17,420 nucleotides of DNA from Nitrospinaceae bacterium (lineage in GTDB: Bacteria > Nitrospinota > Nitrospinia > Nitrospinales > VA-1). Below are positions 15,495 to 17,420 of the stretch, piece by piece (within the stretch, counting starts at the first letter, position 1; each line of letters starts with the position of its first letter). The translations under genes were made by a program, and so were the position numbers. A model generated the notes under the pieces. The model was given only the letters and a program-made list of their open reading frames with translations, made no database searches and was not told where the DNA came from. The stretch spans positions 1 through 17,420 of the forward strand of contig JBHHVU010000064.1 of the NCBI GenBank assembly GCA_046754465.1. The letters are read 5' to 3'.

Positions 15495-17345
15495 TCAGGG
15501 GGAATCCGGAAGCTGCAGAACCGGCGTGTACAATCCTCTCCACTCCCTCCGCCACCAGGACCCATCGGCCCGCCAACCGGGAAAATCCGTAAACCAGTAC
15601 CGGTAGACAACTGCCCGGATAAAACGGGGAGGATGGCCGGGAAACGGGTTGTGAGCCAAAAGGCCCAAAACCGTGGGGGAGCCCTGCAGTAACCGCATCA
15701 TCAAATTAATGAGCCAGGGGTTTTGCCGGTAGCTGCCGAGAGCGGCGAACCACATCTGCCAATCCAGACGGGGTTGATGGGGAGCGACAAACGCCGGTGC
15801 CATTTTCAAATTCCCCGGTTTCCATTTGAACTCGTAAGATTTCCAGTTCTGGGCATCGCGGCTGCCTTCGATGATGATTTCCCGCCGCTTCGTGGTCATG
15901 ACCGCGAACAAACCGTAGCCGTTGACGATATAAAAAGGACGGATCCACTGGTAGAGGGTTTGCGCGATTCGGGGAATGGAAATGTTCCTGTCAACGAGCG
16001 GGGCCAATTGCAGGGTCACGGTTAGGAACAACAAGGTAGCCGCCAACACCGCCACCAGCAGGGTTTTCACCCGCGGTTCCCGGGGCCGCCGCCTTGCCGG
16101 TTCCGTTCCCGAAACCCACGGGCGGGGCAGCCATCGTTTCAAACAGGCGTCATCGAGCAGTAACAGGCATAAAGCCAGGGTCAGCAGGTTAAAAAAACCG
16201 TAATTGCCAGTGATCATGATGAGCCCTTGGAACCCCGTCAAAATCCAGAAGGCGGCCCAGCGTATCCGCCGGGGAGCAAAAATCAAGAACGGCACCGCCA
16301 CCTGGATGACGAACACGCAGCCCACCGAGAAATCTTGAAACCATGCGGGCAATTGGTGCGCATACCATCCGCCCCACGTCGGCAGGGGTTGTGTTTCATA
16401 GTGGTACTGGAGGGCGGTGGCGTTTCTCCAGGAAGGGTCCCCGCTCATCCATTTCGCCATGCCCGAGGAAAACATAACCTGAAAAAACAAGACCCGGTAA
16501 AGAAACAAAACCAGGAGGGAAGGCTCCGGTTCGCCGGCGCGCCTAGGCCGAATACGAAAGGGCGCCAGGAATATCGCCAGAAAACCCATTTGGAGAAGCA
16601 GGGAGTCCCATTGAAACGCCATGAACTCCCGGCCCGCGACGACCAGGGACAGATAAAACAGCCACGAAAAAAACAAGGCCAGCGCCGGGAAATACCCGGC
16701 CCCGGCGCACAACGATAACCCGGCCCCGGCAAGACATAAAAAATTCAGGAACCCGTCCCCCGCATCCAGCCAGAACAAGGTGGGAAGCAGCCAGTACCGT
16801 TCCAGGCCGGTATTTTCCCGGACGGCCTCTAGGAAACGGGCCATCGGGAGAATTCCGTCCGTTCCGACCAGGCCCTCGGCCTGCACCCAGAAGGAAACGA
16901 ACGCGATGAAATAAATAATGCCCAAAAGAGCTAAAAATAAGCGGCGCACCAGGAAGTAAGCGGGGCATTCCAGGGAGTCCCCCCACAGCCACCGCGACCC
17001 TCGGCTGAATCCGGTCCGATGCCCCGCCACGAAACGGTACAGAAGATCGGCGGCCGGGGCAAAACCGGGCACGGTCCGGTATCCCTCGAAGATCCATTTT
17101 TTCCCCGGGGCATACGCCAGGGTGCGAAACACCGCCTCCGCGCCACCGTAGACCTTACCCTCGGGTAGGACAAGTTGGACCGATTCGGAAAATTTTTCCT
17201 CGGGAATTTGCGGATACCGGTGGGAGACCTCCTGGGAGGGGGCGTACTCGACCCGATCCTGGGTGAGGCGGCGCCAGCAGTCGATCCAGCGAATGCAGAA
17301 CCTGCACTCGCCGTCATAAATCAAAATGGGTTTGGATTCCGACAC
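15495..17345 (-). CDS. Lipase maturation factor (LMF) family membrane protein with N-terminal DCC1-like (DUF393) thiol-disulfide domain
   Basis: N-terminal LIYDGECRFCIRW (DxxCxxC) and GAEAVFR. LMF motifs GIIYFIAFVSFWVQ..GLVG..GILP, FQWDSLLL, HYETQPLPT, TGNYGFFN, NGYGLFAVMT, PHQPRLDWQMWFAAL. GTG start at 17345. Confidence 0.92.
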   Translation of the reverse strand: MSESKPILIYDGECRFCIRWIDCWRRLTQDRVEYAPSQEVSHRYPQIPEEKFSESVQLVLPEGKVYGGAEAVFRTLAYAPGKKWIFEGYRTVPGFAPAADLLYRFVAGHRTGFSRGSRWLWGDSLECPAYFLVRRLFLALLGIIYFIAFVSFWVQAEGLVGTDGILPMARFLEAVRENTGLERYWLLPTLFWLDAGDGFLNFLCLAGAGLSLCAGAGYFPALALFFSWLFYLSLVVAGREFMAFQWDSLLLQMGFLAIFLAPFRIRPRRAGEPEPSLLVLFLYRVLFFQVMFSSGMAKWMSGDPSWRNATALQYHYETQPLPTWGGWYAHQLPAWFQDFSVGCVFVIQVAVPFLIFAPRRIRWAAFWILTGFQGLIMITGNYGFFNLLTLALCLLLLDDACLKRWLPRPWVSGTEPARRRPREPRVKTLLVAVLAATLLFLTVTLQLAPLVDRNISIPRIAQTLYQWIRPFYIVNGYGLFAVMTTKRREIIIEGSRDAQNWKSYEFKWKPGNLKMAPAFVAPHQPRLDWQMWFAALGSYRQNPWLINLMMRLLQGSPTVLGLLAHNPFPGHPPRFIRAVVYRYWFTDFPGWRADGSWWRREWRGLYTPVLQLPDSP

Positions 17346-17420
17346 GAGGGCAGACCGGATAAAGTTAGTTTATTGGAGATCCAAATATTTTTTATGGGTT
17401 GGGGTTGCTTTTGCCCCCGG

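Noticed and set aside
1..17420. CRISPR arrays, tRNA/rRNA genes, IS elements or integrases
   Set aside because: No regularly spaced repeats, cloverleaf/T-loop patterns or transposase/integrase ORFs were seen; almost all sequence is explained by protein-coding genes.

Overview
Bacterial chromosomal window, moderately GC-rich; the gene content is suggestive of a Nitrospina-like nitrite oxidiser, but that is inference. Left to right: a PilZ-domain gene (+); ftsY (-); a three-gene + strand cassette; an FG-GAP repeat lipoprotein (-); a YbjT-like atypical SDR with DUF2867 (-); an XRE-HTH/metallo-beta-lactamase-fold fusion (-); nitrite channel nirC (-); NADH nitrite reductase nirD and nirB (-); a decayed remnant of ferredoxin-nitrite reductase nirA (-); a small membrane protein (+); and a DCC1-like CxxC domain fused to a lipase-maturation-factor domain (-). 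The best candidate for an undescribed system is the cassette at 2103-6365. It holds two paralogous HpnJ-like B12-binding radical SAM enzymes flanking a membrane-anchored protein. All three carry the same ~120-aa domain, which resembles only the N-terminal (acceptor-binding) half of a GT9 heptosyltransferase and lacks its catalytic GD motif. This suggests a membrane-docked glycolipid-modifying radical SAM complex. The second highlight is an apparent in-place replacement of nirA by nirBD, with the nirA relic, its SD and a sigma-54-like promoter still visible. No rRNA, tRNA, CRISPR array or transposase was seen. All family assignments come from motif recognition by eye, not from database searches.
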